Source: Octopus sinensis (Eukaryota). Taken from it: a stretch of DNA of 64,000 nt. Position 1 is the stretch's first letter, and every line of letters begins with the position of its first letter. Both the position numbers and the translations under genes were made by a program. Positions 26,401 to 38,915 of the stretch are shown here, piece after piece. Below the pieces are notes generated by a model. That model had not been told where the DNA came from, searched no databases, and saw only the letters and a list, made by a program, of their open reading frames with translations. The stretch lies in the NCBI RefSeq assembly GCF_006345805.1, contig NC_042999.1, forward strand, positions 131,192,001 to 131,256,000, in the 5' to 3' direction.

Positions 26401-26462
26401 CTAATGACTGAGCGCTAACATTGTAGATGTGCTTGAATTTTGGTAACATGGCTGCTGGTTGG
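26401..26462 (-). CDS. Possible terminal exon of unassigned gene: (A)NQQPCYQNSSTSTMLALSH*
   Basis: Acceptor ttttcgatatttttcatcgtag|CC, phase 1 fits the 29907 donor; short, no homology support. Confidence 0.28.
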
Positions 26463-26641
26463 CTACGATGAAAAATATCGAAAACTATATTTTTGTCTAT
26501 TTTCATTTTTTATTTATTAAATCTCGTCATTTTATCTCTTTTGTTCACTCCTCACTAATGTCTGAGAATCTCTTGTCACTTCTGTCATCTCTGATTACTG
26601 GCTGAACATACACTCACACATGCGTGCACGCACGCATATAC

Positions 26642-26677
<36 letters not shown>

Positions 26678-26766
26678 ATTCTCAGTTATATCTAACTTTC
26701 AGTGTAATGTCTCATCTTTCAAGAAAATACAATCTGTTCAGCTCTTATATTTTATACTTTCACAGT

Positions 26767-26820
<54 letters not shown>

Positions 26821-27293
26821 CAATGCCGAAACATCAGGGAAGAAATATGTATTGAAAAGGATACACACTCATACAAACAATGTACTTTTTTTTTATCACC
26901 ATTTCAATAAATGTAATGTAATCATGCTCACATTCACAAAATCATGTTGAATTAGTCTTTAAGTTTTCTTTCTAAATATTTTTTAATGATATTTTCACTT
27001 CATTTGACCTTTTTTTCCTGTTTCCCTTTTTTTTTCTTTCTTTTTTTTTTTTTTTTTCAATAAATAGAAGTGAAATTCTCAACTGTTCTGTTGAAATGTA
27101 TTTAAAGCCAGTAAAATTGTATCCTCTGACTTTTTATGTTTTTTTTTTTTATATATATTTTCTCAGATAAGAGTATAATCTTATTAAAAGTAGCATTATT
27201 TCAATATCTGGGTCCTCAGAAAATAGTTTAACTGTTGAAAATTTACTATGAACAGAATGTTAAGATTATATGCTGTGTGCGTGCACATTGATA

Positions 27294-28561
27294 TATTAGG
27301 TCAGACAGAAAGCCCTGCTATTCATAATGGGAAAGAGACAACTGCCTTTTTTGTCTTGATATATTTAATCGTGATACTATTTTCCCTCATTATTGGTAAC
27401 ATAATGCCATCTATTTGGTAAATTTTTAAGTCCTTTTGTGTAAAATTCTTCAGGTTTCAAAGCAAAGAAACACTCAGTATCACTTCTGACCTCTTCACAT
27501 TTAATAAACTGTTTTCCCTCTAATGTTGTAAAGATCTGAAAAATTGATAGATGGAGCATGGTCAGGAGTGTAAGGAGGATGAGGCAAAATCTTCTATATT
27601 TAGTACCATAATCTTTTCTTGGGTGACTTGGGTAATATGTGGTCTTGCATTATCATGTAAGAGTAACATCCCTTTACGATTGACCAATGATGGGCACTTT
27701 TCTTGCAAAGTTTGTGCCATGTTTGCAATTGATGACAATATTTCTCTCTATTAACTGTTTAATTTTGGTTTAATACTTCATGATAGATGACACCATTCAT
27801 ATCTTGTGAAACCCTGCATAACTTTTTTCAGGTGCAATCCTGGTTTGGGATGGATTTTCCTTTAGCATTGGGTGCTAACTCTTGTCATTTTCATTGGATA
27901 TATGATTATAGAGATCCTAATTTTCACTATTATGATGATCCTGTTCATGAAAGTTGGGTAACAAGTCTGCTCTTCAGTGACAAGCAGAGGGTGACTCTTG
28001 GTGAGAAACAGTCATATGATGAGGGATCCACTGACCAAGTTTAGACACTTTTTAAAATTTTTTTAGTCTATGAATATCTTTTATGATTGAAGTACAATTT
28101 GAATTGAACTGTTCTGCTAATTCTCATGCAGTTTGCTTTGGTTTTTCTTCAACTATGGTTTTCAGAAGCTCAATATTGATAAAACTTAGTCGTCAAGATT
28201 GAGGGGAATTTGTAAGAGAAAAATTTCCAAAGCAAATCTGACCAAACCATTGTTGGGATGCCTGAATAACTAAAGCTTCACTTCCATAGACAGAACAAAT
28301 ATTTCTTTGCTTTTAGATTGCTGAAGAGTCTTTTTTAAATTCACACAGTATGTAGTGGTTGATATGGGTTTGATCCAAACTCATTTTAAAGGGTAAAAAT
28401 CAATATGAATTTAACCACTATGGTTAACGGTAATCTGCCAAGAAAGAAAAAAAAAACACATTAGAATGTACAAATTAATGCTTATTCTACTGTAAGTATT
28501 GAAAAGAACCCTCAAAATGCTCATATCAAAAATGCAACAGGATTTTCTTTCCAGCCTGATA
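27294..28561 (-). mobile_element. Full-length decayed mariner element (about 1.27 kb)
   Basis: Imperfect TIRs TATTAGGTCAGACAGAAAGCCCTG / TATCAGGCTGGAAAGAAAATCCTG with TA ends; transposase remnant 28373-27377 (HINHYILCEFKK...HDNARPH...FYTKGLKNLPNRW) with many stops. Confidence 0.85.
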
Positions 28562-28865
28562 CATACATGTAAACATATGCACACACGTATACACATACAC
28601 ACTGACTTGCCGCATCATTAGCTCTATCTGCTTCATCAGGTTATAGTTCGGCTGACTATACATGTTAAGGCTTGTTTTATTTACTAAAATTGACAGAAAG
28701 AGCTCAGTGACCTTGCCGTGGAGTTTCGTAGGCTCCTTGTAGAAACTTAGCTCATCGGGCTCAGCATTCAGCTACCCGAGACCAAGAAGCTAGGTTTCTG
28801 TAAAGAACTTGTAAAATTTTAAGGCCGAATCAAACTGTTTTAAGTAAAAACTACAAACACACACA

Positions 28866-29280
28866 TTGACCGAGACCTTTGGCAATATACTGTGTTTGAG
28901 AAGACCCGTCAAGCCAAGTGAACTCGTAGTCGTGGCCAATGCCAGTGTCGCATAACTGGTACCCGTGCCGGTGGTACGTAAAAATCACCCTTCAAACATT
29001 AGGTCTCACGGAGGCAGTGACCAAGATCTTTGGCGATATACCGTGCTTGAGAAGACCTGTCAAGCCAATTGAGATCGTAGTCGTGGCCGATGCTGGGGTT
29101 ACGTAATCGGCACCCGTGTCGGTGGCCTGTAAAAACCATCCTTGGAGTGATGGCGTTAGGAAGAGCATCCAACCGTAGTAACCATGCCAAATCTGATTGG
29201 AACCTGGTGCAGCTTACCAGTTTTCAGTCAAACCGACCAACCCATGCCAGCATGGAAAACGGACGACGTTCATGGTCGTG
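28866..29280 (+). mobile_element. RTE ORF2 end plus 3' UTR with tandem duplication of the ORF end
   Basis: DRDLWQYTVFEKTRQAK* at about 28868 and DQDLWRYTVLEKTCQAN* at about 29018, then the standard 3' UTR. Confidence 0.8.
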
Positions 29281-29349
29281 GGGTAGGGGTCTTCTAATAG
29301 TAAATAAAACAGAAAGTGAGAGTGAAAAGCTTGTGTTGTATTTCTTGTA

Positions 29350-29585
29350 CACTGACTGCCACTGAGAAAAATTACACCTACATAGAGAAGGAAGTTCTCG
29401 TAGTGGTTTTTGTCGTCAAAAAACTTCAATATCTGTATGATCATTTTTCATTCTTTACATCAATTATAAACAATTGCTAGGACTGATGAAAACAAGCTCA
29501 TTCCTCCTCTTACTACTGCCTGAGTGCAACGGTGGGCGCTGTTCCGAGCAGCCTGTAGCTACAAATTAGAATTATCGTGCTAGCT
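29350..29585 (+). mobile_element. Ty3/Gypsy RNase H fragment
   Basis: TEKNYTYIEKEVLVVVFVVKKLQYLY ... VQRWALFRAACSYKL matches AEKNYSQIEKEALAIVFAVKKFHQYLY...LQRWALxLxxYxY. Confidence 0.78.
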
Positions 29586-29603
29586 CCTTCAATGGTAATA
29601 ATG

Positions 29604-29810
29604 ATTTCAAATTTTGGCACAAGACCAACAATATCAGGAGAGAGTGTAAGTCGATTACATCGACCCCTATTGTTTAACTGGTACTTATTTTATAGACCCC
29701 GAAAGAATGAAAGTCGATCTTGGTATTTGAACTCAAAACGTAAAGATAGGTGAAATGCTGCTGGGCATTTTGCCAGGTATGCTAATAATTCTATCAGCTC
29801 GCCACCTTTC
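29604..29810 (-). mobile_element. SINE family B copy
   Basis: Same consensus as the 14542 and 53960 copies. Confidence 0.85.
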
Positions 29811-29906
29811 TCCAACGGTAATAACGATTGTCTTCAGTCGCCTTCCAAGAGAAAGATTGTTTCAAATCAGAGAACAAAGTTCATATGGTGGATTTGATTA
29901 ACTCAC

Positions 29907-30008
29907 CTGTTACTGCGGTTGAAGTGCATTCAGAGACCAGAGAAGATTCTGTTCCAAGGAGGGTATACGAATTGGCAGCAAACAGATGGGAATATAACAC
30001 CGTAATTC
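29907..30008 (-). CDS. Candidate exon of unassigned gene: (G)ITVLYSHLFAANSYTLLGTESSLVSECTSTAVT
   Basis: gtcttcatttcag|GA...CAG|gtgagt (perfect donor); 102 nt, open only in the phase-1 frame. Confidence 0.55.
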
Positions 30009-30689
30009 CTGAAATGAAGACATACTTCAGCCAGCGACTAAAAATCAGAATACCATAAGCCTGAAAGACGGAATACACAGCGCAACAAATCATAAAAATA
30101 CTTTAGGAAAATAGTAAGAAAAAACGGCCTCCAAAACATTTATTTACAAATTAAAAGATGATTACCGTCTCTACAATGTAGAGGGATCAGAATTCAAAGA
30201 TTTGGATCCAAAATGTTTCAAGTGATGAGACATGGCGTGTTGACATCTATTACTGGCTCCTCTAACGTCAGATCTTCTGTTAATGGTTCTAAATGTGTTC
30301 AGATGCTAGTTAAGGAGGGGTTTGAATTTGTTTGGTGGTAGAATGTTTTGTCTGTTAGAAAAGTGTGTGGTGATGTTTGCGTAGTACACGGTATTTTAGA
30401 GAAAACATTTGTTGTTGAGAAGCAAGTTAAGTAGGTTTTCTGTAGCTGCTGGAACTAGTGCTGGATATTGTGTGTAGGAGCAAATCTCCACGACGGTTTA
30501 TGTTGGTTAGCCGATCGACAAAATTTGGAGTTGCGGCGTAGAAAACACTGAAATAGTTTGTGTCGAAAATGTCTGGTATTTATGTGATGAGGGGAAATGC
30601 TTTCCAATGAGGCTTAAAAAGTATATAGCATTTATAAACATGTTTCTCACTAGGCTGAGAAAAGTTTTGCACATATATGCATATTTGTC

Positions 30690-30742
<53 letters not shown>

Positions 30743-30808
30743 GTGCGATGAATAAATTGATTAAATTACGCAAAAATGAAAATAACACTGACATCTCATT
30801 TTAACAGA

Positions 30809-32058
30809 TATTGAGTCTTCCCATAAATAATGCGTTAAGATAAACTAATTTCTTTTTTTTAATCATTTAATCATAAACTAATTTCTTTTTTTTTAATCAT
30901 TTTCTACAATGCCTTTCCATCTATCTCGTAGACTTACACGGCCCCTTTTCCAATATTCACTTGTCCGTGACGAAAAATACTCCTTCAGTACTGTTCTGAC
31001 CTTGACTACAGAATTCATATTTTTTCCATCCAAATGATTTTGAAGACTGCGGAAAAAATAATAATCAGACGGGCAATGTTCGGTGAATATGGTGGGTGGG
31101 ACATCGTTTCCCATTCAAACTGTCCCAGCCTTTGGAATGTCATCCTCGCTGTATGTGGCCGAACATTATCCTAATGGAAGAACACCTTTTTGTCTTGAAA
31201 CCAAAGATGGTGGTTTTTCTTCTAGCGCTGTAGATCTCCTTTGTTATCGTTTGGTTTGGATTTAAAAGTTCAAAGTGGACTAAACCTTTCATATCCCGCC
31301 AAAGAGATAACATCTTACGTAGGTGAAGACCTTCTCTAGCCTGGTATGCCGGTATTTCTCCTTTCCCCACCCGCTGTATTTGGCACTTGACATTTTTAGG
31401 GAAATCATTTCTCGTCACCAGTCACTATTTGGTTCAAACATAGGTTCAATCGTGAGACGTGACAGCAAAGAAGAGCACACATTCACTCTCTGCACGCAAT
31501 TAGACTTTGAAAGTTTGTGAGGAACCTATTGACCCAATTTGCTGACTTTTCCGATGACACGCAGGTGTCGATGAATGGTTGAACGACCAAATCCGAGGTT
31601 CTCTGCTAGTTCACCAATAGTTACGATGGGATTTTGTTCTACCAGGGTTTGCAAGATGTTCCCATCGAGCTCTACAGATCTTCCAGGACGAGGCTCATCA
31701 TCTGGGTTGTAGTTTCCGGCTCGGAATTTCTGGAACCATAGTTGACACTGGTTTACGCTTATGGTCCGATCCCCATATACTGCATTGATATTCCTCGCAC
31801 TTTCCATTCCGCTGTTGCCTTTATTGAACTCATAAAGCAAAATATGCTGAATATGCTCTTTTGTCACTCCCATTATAGCTTTGAAAAAGTAATTGTTAAA
31901 ATTGAACTTCACTCTTCAAAACTTGCACTAAGAATAAGGCCAAGGTAAAATTACTACCTGGTTTTATAGCAAGTTAATGCAGGTAGTTCATCCTGTTCCC
32001 CTCCGACTTTTAGTTCATGCAATTGGAAAAACTGCACTGTTTGTGGGATGACCTAATC
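30809..32058 (-). mobile_element. Full-length decayed mariner DD34D element (about 1.25 kb)
   Basis: HIQHILLYEFNKG...WFQKFRAGNYNPDDEPRPGR HTH; 34 residues between D(NVRPH) and (PS)D(YYFFRS) across a frameshift; imperfect TIRs ATTGAGTCTTCCCATAAATAATGC / ATTAGGTCATCCCACAAACAGTGC. Confidence 0.9.
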
Positions 32059-32089
32059 TATTTACCAAAATTACATAGAAATATCTTGA

Positions 32090-32790
32090 AATACTAAGGA
32101 GTAAATTTATTCAATAAAATCTCCATTGGCTTCAACCACGGCCTCCAGACAACATCGGAATTTCCTACATCTCTTCTAGACGGTCTCCTTGTTTAAGTCG
32201 GTAAATGCTTCCATAATCCTTGCCTTCAGTTCATCTTTGGTGTTACTAGGAATTTTTTTTTTGTCTCTCGCCCAACTGCGTCCTACACATAATAATCAAG
32301 GGGATTGCAGTCTGGGGAGTTAGGTGGCCAGATGTTAGGGGTGATGTGGTCGCAGAAATTGTCTGACAGCTATGATTGGATTCTCCTGCTTGTGTAGCAC
32401 AGTGCAGAGTCCTATTGCTAGACATAGGGTCTTTAAACACCCACTCTCTTGGGCCAGGGCAACACTATTTCCTCTAGGCACTTGATGTAGGCGTCCGTGT
32501 TGAATTTGAGGCTGTGTAGGAAGATGAATGGAAGCATGACGTTGTCATTACTAGTAATCACTCCAAACACCATGATGTTGACTGGATTTTTATCACTCTC
32601 CGTACATGTTTTGGGCGATACGGCAAGCCAACGGTTGTTCTGTGTATTCACCATCTGTTCGTATTGGAGCTTCTGGCGCGAATGCCAAACAGTACAGCAT
32701 GTCGTTTTCAAATTTTTGGCAGTGTGAATTACGTCATGGTGCTGTTTTTCATATAAGCGATGCCCATCTGACCTTACTATACAGTGTAGT
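32090..32790 (-). mobile_element. maT-type (DD37D) Tc1/mariner transposase fragment
   Basis: IMVFGVIT...Q*DSALCYTSRRIQS*LSDNFCDHITPNIWPPNSPDCNPLDYYV; 37 residues between second and third D; ends LEAVVEANGDFIE*. Confidence 0.85.
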
Positions 32791-32853
32791 CGACAAAATC
32801 AAAACAATGCGCAAAATTAAAAATATCAAATGGCAAAAATTTACCCATTACAC

Positions 32854-32891
<38 letters not shown>

Positions 32892-33139
32892 GGATTATAC
32901 AAGATTATTTTCCTGTTTGTATTCTTAGTTTTAGAGTTGTTCTGTGGTGGGATGTATGTAGACGTGTCTTTGAAACAGCTTTAAAATTATTAGTAAAATA
33001 ATCTTAAATACGTCAGCACTTGCAGCACATATTTAATACTGCGTTGTACAAAAGTATGAAGAGTCTATGAAGAAATTTTCTATTAAGGTTTTGATTATGG
33101 CAAAGTTGTCGGAGGATGTGTATATGTGTTGGATTGTTT

Positions 33140-33179
<40 letters not shown>

Positions 33180-33197
33180 TATATTAAATAATGAATT

Positions 33198-33595
33198 AAA
33201 AGCAGCGCTAGTATTGTAAACATTATCGACCGCACATACTCTATGTTTATATTTTGTTTATTCACCGATTCGCTGCGGAGTAGTGCTTTGGGTACGACTC
33301 CCTCATAACGTTGGGTCAAAGTCATAGGCAAGTGAGACAATTCCCCTCTGGTTGAATTTACGAGTGACGGATACCGATATTTCGCTACAAAAAATGGTGA
33401 AATATCGGTAGCCATCATTCCTCGGTTCGATCGGAGGCGAGTTGTCTCGTCTGTCTATGACTTTCAGGAGTTTAACAGCCAGCGTTATGAACGAGTCGTA
33501 CTCAAAGCGCTATATTGCAGCGAACAGGTGAACAAACAAAACACGAACATTGAGTATGTTCATGTCGATAAAGTTTACAACACTAGCGCTGCTAG
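33198..33595. repeat. Fold-back palindrome family 2 (about 400 bp)
   Basis: AGCAGCGCTAGTATTGTAAACATTATCGAC vs GTCGATAAAGTTTACAACACTAGCGCTGCT; centre CCGATATTTC...GAAATATCGG. Confidence 0.82.
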
Positions 33596-33599
33596 TTTT

Positions 33600-34405
33600 A
33601 AATGTTTACGCTTTTTATCGCCTTCAGAGTATTCTCCATTTGAACCAATGCATCGGTTCAGGCGCGTTTTCCACTATTCGAAGCAGTGCTGGAAGTCTTG
33701 CGAAGTGATGGGTTTTAACGCCTCCGTCATTATTTTCTTCATCTCTTCCACATGTGCAAACTCCGTAGTACCAGCTTTCGTTACTAGTGATGACCTTCGA
33801 AAAAAGGTCCGGATCAACTTCCAACTGTTCTTTCAGTTCACGACACGCATTCAGTCGTGGTTACTTTTTATCTTCTGTGAGCAAGAGAGGCACACATTTT
33901 ACTGCGACTCTTTTCATTCGTAATTCCTCGTTCAAAATTCGCTGGCAGGAGCTCCAGGACACACCAGTCATATCAACAAGTTCATCATTTGTTCAGTGAC
34001 GGTCCTCCAAGATCAGTTCATGAAATTTCATGATGTCTTTATTCGTTCGGGAGGTCGACGGTCGTCCTGAACAAGGTTGGTCTTCAAGCAACAAGTGACC
34101 ATTCCAAAAGCGTGTAAACCACTCGTAAACTTGTATTTTGCTTATGGCAGCGTCCTTGTAAACTGTTTGCAGTCTGACAACTGTTTCGGCCGCCGTTTTT
34201 CCCGTAGGAAAACATAATTTCACAGAAGCACGCTGTTCCTTCGTTTCAGGCAACGCAAAAATCGACGAACAGGGGAGAAGCACTGTAAAACAAAGACGCA
34301 CCACGTGGCAGTACGACCATACCGAACGGCGCCGGTCAACAGACCGATGCCTGAGAATCGCATCAAATGGCTACTATCGGCCGAAGCCTGAACTACAACG
34401 GGTTT

Positions 34406-34410
<5 letters not shown>
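33600..34410 (-). mobile_element. Internally deleted mariner element
   Basis: EQRASVKLCF..GKTAAETV...VYEWFTRF...EDQPCSGRPSTS, then DPDLFSKVITSNESWYYG joined almost directly to the C-terminal ...CIGSNGEYSEGD region. Confidence 0.85.
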
Positions 34411-34444
<34 letters not shown>

Positions 34445-34451
<7 letters not shown>

Positions 34452-34945
34452 ATCATCCTTCTCTTCTCCACATTCGCTAGGCCCCCCACCTCGAATACTG
34501 CTGTCATTTATGGTCCTCCTATAAAAAAAGAAGGCATAATGAGGATCGAAGCGCCACAAAGATCAATCACTAAAAAAATAAATGGCATGATGGGACTTGA
34601 TTATTGGGCTCGACTTAAACAGCTGAAACTCTATTCTCTGCAACGCCACCGTGAGCTATACATTATTTGCACGTGTATTGCACTGCAAATGGTCCTGCTC
34701 TTTTGAATGTTATCCCGGAAGAAATTAAAGTAGAAAAAGATCCCACAGCTTTCAAACGGTACCTGGACAAATTCCTCTAGGAAATACCGGATTAGCCACC
34801 TATACCTGGATACGTCTTAACCAACAACAAATCTCTGCTTGAATGGTCCATGGTGTCCTGAAATAATTAACTAAAAGACTTTCCAGGTGGTGCTATTGAG
34901 TTAGTCATGGCCAGGGCCGATAATGGCCGAAACCAATCTAAGTTA
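34445..34945 (+). mobile_element. CR1-clade LINE 3' fragment
   Basis: PHLEYCCHLWS...IEAPQRSITKKINGMMGLDYWARLKQLKLYSLQRHRE is the typical CR1 post-RT motif. Confidence 0.82.
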
Positions 34946-35527
34946 TATATATATATATATATATAACCAAAAAATAAGCAACAAGAATGGATCCGGTAAT
35001 TTAGTACAATTGTTTCATACTATAACAATTTATTAAAGCTGAAAATATTACAGCAAATACAATATGTCAAGTAATCTTCAGCTAATTTCATATAGGTTTT
35101 CCAATAATGTAAAGTTCTTAAATCAATTAGTAACATCTTAGAGAGTGCAAATATACCGATAAAGTTGTAGATATGAGTTCCAGGAACTTGGAATAGGATG
35201 CCAGGCAAACCAAGATTAAGTTCATATATCTTTATCGGTATATTTGCCCTCTCTAAGATGTTACAAATTGATTTAAGAACTTTACATTATTGGAAAACCT
35301 ATATGAAATTAGCTGAGGATTACTTGACATATTATATTTGCTGTAATATTTGCAGCTTTAATAAGTTGTTATAGTATGAAACAATTGTACTAAATTACCG
35401 GATCCATTCTTGTTGCTTATTTTTTGGTTATAATCACCCCACATAACTTTATGGGTAATACCATAAAAAGTTCTGGTGCATCTAAATTAAGTACCATATT
35501 CATTTAAATCTAAATTGTTTTGCTGAA

Positions 35528-35850
<323 letters not shown>

Positions 35851-35869
35851 TGTCTGTGTTTGCCCACCA

Positions 35870-36040
35870 CCACATGCCAACCGTTGTTAGTTTGTTTACA
35901 TCCCCATAACTTAGCGCTTCGGTAAAAGAGACCAATAGAATAAGACCTTAAAAAATATACTGGGGTTCGACTTGTTCGACTAAAACCTTCAAGGAGGTAC
36001 CCCAGCAAGGCGACTGCCCGATGACGGAAACAAGTTAAAA
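35870..36040 (+). mobile_element. SINE family A, 3' half
   Basis: TTTACATCCCCATAACTTAGCGCTTCGG...GGGGTTCGACTTGTTCGACTAAAA matches the 3' half of the family. Confidence 0.7.
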
Positions 36041-36146
36041 AAAAAAGATTTTATTCATTGATTAACAAAAAAAAAAGTTAATATTTTTATTGTCTGAATA
36101 GGTTGTATCTCATTATGATGATACAAGTCAATCCCATCGGCTATTG

Positions 36147-36547
36147 TTAACCAACTGCTAATGCACCACTAGCTTCCAATTCAGCTAGAAGTGTAAGAGT
36201 CAATGATAGTTGCTCCGAATAAATATTGGATGGAAAATTCACATATTGTCCTAATATTAATTTCTGCACTATCCAATTGAAATTTTGTTCATGAAAACTT
36301 TCTTTCATAGTCAAATTCTCTTTGCATTTACATTGCATGTCTTTTGGTTTTTGTTGCCAGAAATCTGTTGAAGATATTCTGGGACTATTGAGATTATATA
36401 CACTAGACGCTTTCTGATTATGATAGTTCATAAATTGGTTATTCCAATGAATCTGTTGTTCTGGATGCGATATGAATAACGAATTATCATCTTCCTTGTT
36501 AATAATATTTTGTTTTTTCTGATTTTCTAAACATTCTTTTGTTCCAT
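36147..36547 (-). CDS. Exon of unassigned gene: (D)GTKECLENQKKQNIINKEDDNSLF...FNWIVQKLILGQYVNFPSNIYSEQLSLTLTLLAELEASGALAVG* (or spliced out at 36152)
   Basis: tttccaatttcag|AT phase-1 acceptor fits the 46921 donor; 132 open codons in very AT-rich DNA; TAA at 36149-36147 with AATAAA about 60 nt downstream; weak in-frame donor G|gttaac at 36152. Confidence 0.68.
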
Positions 36548-36659
36548 CTGAAATTGGAAATTTGAAAACGGTAGAATTATAGATGTGTGTGTATATGTTT
36601 AAATGTATGTATATATGTATGTTTGTATCTATGTTTTTATATATAGCGCGTTATCATAA

Positions 36660-37900
36660 TTATACTCAACACTAGTCCTCCATGACTTCAAGTTTCATAC
36701 TACAGTCTTAGCACCATTGTTAGCTGGTTTCAGAAATATCTACAATGAAAGTGAATTCAAATTCACTCAATTCGAACTTTATCCTTCTTTCTGGAAATCG
36801 TTACTTACCAATACTCAAGAAGTTATCAATTCATATAATAACATAACATGGATGACAATGACACAGATATCATTATGCAAGCCATAAAAACAACTTTTCA
36901 ACAACACCTCGACAGGATTAAGTAAGTAAACCTTACTGGTTCACTCGATATCAACATGAGACCGTCCAACAGCACAGAGATATGTGATCTTTCCGATTTG
37001 TATAGCCTAAACATTCTGAAAAATAAATTCATGACTAAGGACATGGGCCTCTACAAAAGCGACGAGTTGGCCACACAGACAAACATAGAAAAGAATTAAT
37101 CAGAACCTTCAATGATTTCGGCTTCAAAGTAACGCCACCGTTAATTCCTTTGATATCATATTCAACTTTATCATGGACAAGTATAAGCCATATAGTTATC
37201 CGAACAAAAGTTAAGATACATTACAGATTCAACCAATCAGCTATAGTTTTCAAAACCTAAGAAAAATTAACAGAAGAATCTTTAACCTGTCGTTTAATAA
37301 AGAAATTTTCGACATATTTAAAAACGTTAGAACAAACTAGAAGATAGAGTGTACAAAGATAAGATTAAATATACAACTATCCGATGTTACCAACAGGATA
37401 AGATGTAACATTCACTGGCTTTAACCCCACCTTTCTCGTTAAATACTAAACAGTATAACAGTATAAAATATTTTAGCCTAAACAACCTGTTAACTAACAA
37501 CGTAAGCAATTGTTTAATAGCAATAATGTAAAACCTAGTTATAGTTGTATTGCTAAAATGATAAACTTAACTGCAACTAACTCAACAAAGCTAACAGAAA
37601 TAAATTGCATTTTCAGGCACAAAAATTCATGCCCCCTAAACCAGCCACGTAATACATGAGCAGTTATCAATGAAGCAGAGTCACTACGCAAAATAAAAAC
37701 TGAGTGCAGCAGTTATGTTGGTATCATTAAGAGTATATGTAAACACTATTTCTTCATTGAAACATAGAAAAAAGAAAGTATGCAACCAACTATGGAATTG
37801 AAAGATACAAATCAAATATTTATGGAGTTAAAATCTACTGCCTATATAATACGTATAAACCTTAACAAATTAGTTGAAAATTTAAATAACAGATCAGGGA
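36660..37900 (+). mobile_element. Decayed Penelope-like element (RT and GIY-YIG remnants)
   Basis: Fragmentary frames DMGLYKSDELA, RKELIRTFNDFGFKVT, CIFRHKNSCPL...SYVGI resemble GLYRDDGL / CNCxxKxxCPL / YIG motifs. Confidence 0.68.
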
Positions 37901-38352
37901 TATTTTAACAAATACAGATATTTCAGGATTTATTATTATTGTTATTTAATTATTTGTGAATCGATAATGTAGACCACAAGAATGAATGGATACACTAAAC
38001 AGTGATGCCTACAAAAAAGACTACATACACAGTGTGTGTGTGCGCGCGCGCGTGAGCATGCGTGCGTGTGTCTGTGTGTGCATGTACATGCCAACACGTA
38101 AGTGCTAATGATAAAACAGAGAAGAGCGTACTTAATATAAAACTTAGAGAGAAATTTCAAATTTTATCGAAGCTTGAAAGCTCAATGAATTATTACACCA
38201 GATGCCACATTATTAATTTTTAGATGAAAAAATTCTGGGATATCCCAGAAACAGCTGTAAGATTTTGAATTTCTTCCTATAATAATATTGTATATAACTT
38301 GAGATGTTAGCCTTGTCTTAATGTTTGCTGCCCAGTTTAATAATTATATATA

Positions 38353-38429
<77 letters not shown>

Positions 38430-38433
<4 letters not shown>

Positions 38434-38915
38434 CCGCACATACCCAATGTATGTGCTTTGCTTGTTCGCCAGTTTGCTGCCATACAGCGCTCTGGAGACG
38501 AGTCCCTCATGGCATTGGGTGTTAAAACATCTGAAAGCCATAGACAGGCGAAACAACTCGCCTCCAGACCTATCCATGAATGATGGATACCGATATTTCG
38601 TCAAGTTTGTGGTTTATTAACATCACGTACCTGAATCGGACAAAGAACGAACTGAATCACCAGACTATGACTTTATACAAGAAGTGTAAGAACCATTTGC
38701 TGGTATGCCACGACGAAGCATCTGTAGGATTAAATTCAATTATGAAATAGAAGCAGCGTAACTGTTGTAAACATTATCGACCTCACATACTCAGAGCATG
38801 TGTTTTGCTTGTTCGCCAGGTTCGCTGCCGCGCAGCGCTCTGGGATAAACCCCTCATAGCACTGGGTATTATTAAAACACTTGAAAGTCATAGACAGGCA
38901 AGACAACTCACTCCA
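38430..38915 (+). repeat. Two single-arm copies of palindrome family 2 (about 38430-38600 and 38745-38915)
   Basis: CGACC(G/T)CACATAC...TTTGCTTGTTCGCCAG...GAAAG(C/T)CATAGACAGGC shared with the left arm of 33198. Confidence 0.78.

Noticed and set aside
26044-26418. 124-aa hydrophobic plus-strand ORF
   Set aside because: TTG start, no splice or homology support; hydrophobicity is expected from T-rich sequence.
28430-28460. Strong minus-strand acceptor ttttttttttctttcttggcag
   Set aside because: Lies inside the subterminal region of the 27294-28561 mariner and gives a stop after three codons in phase 1.
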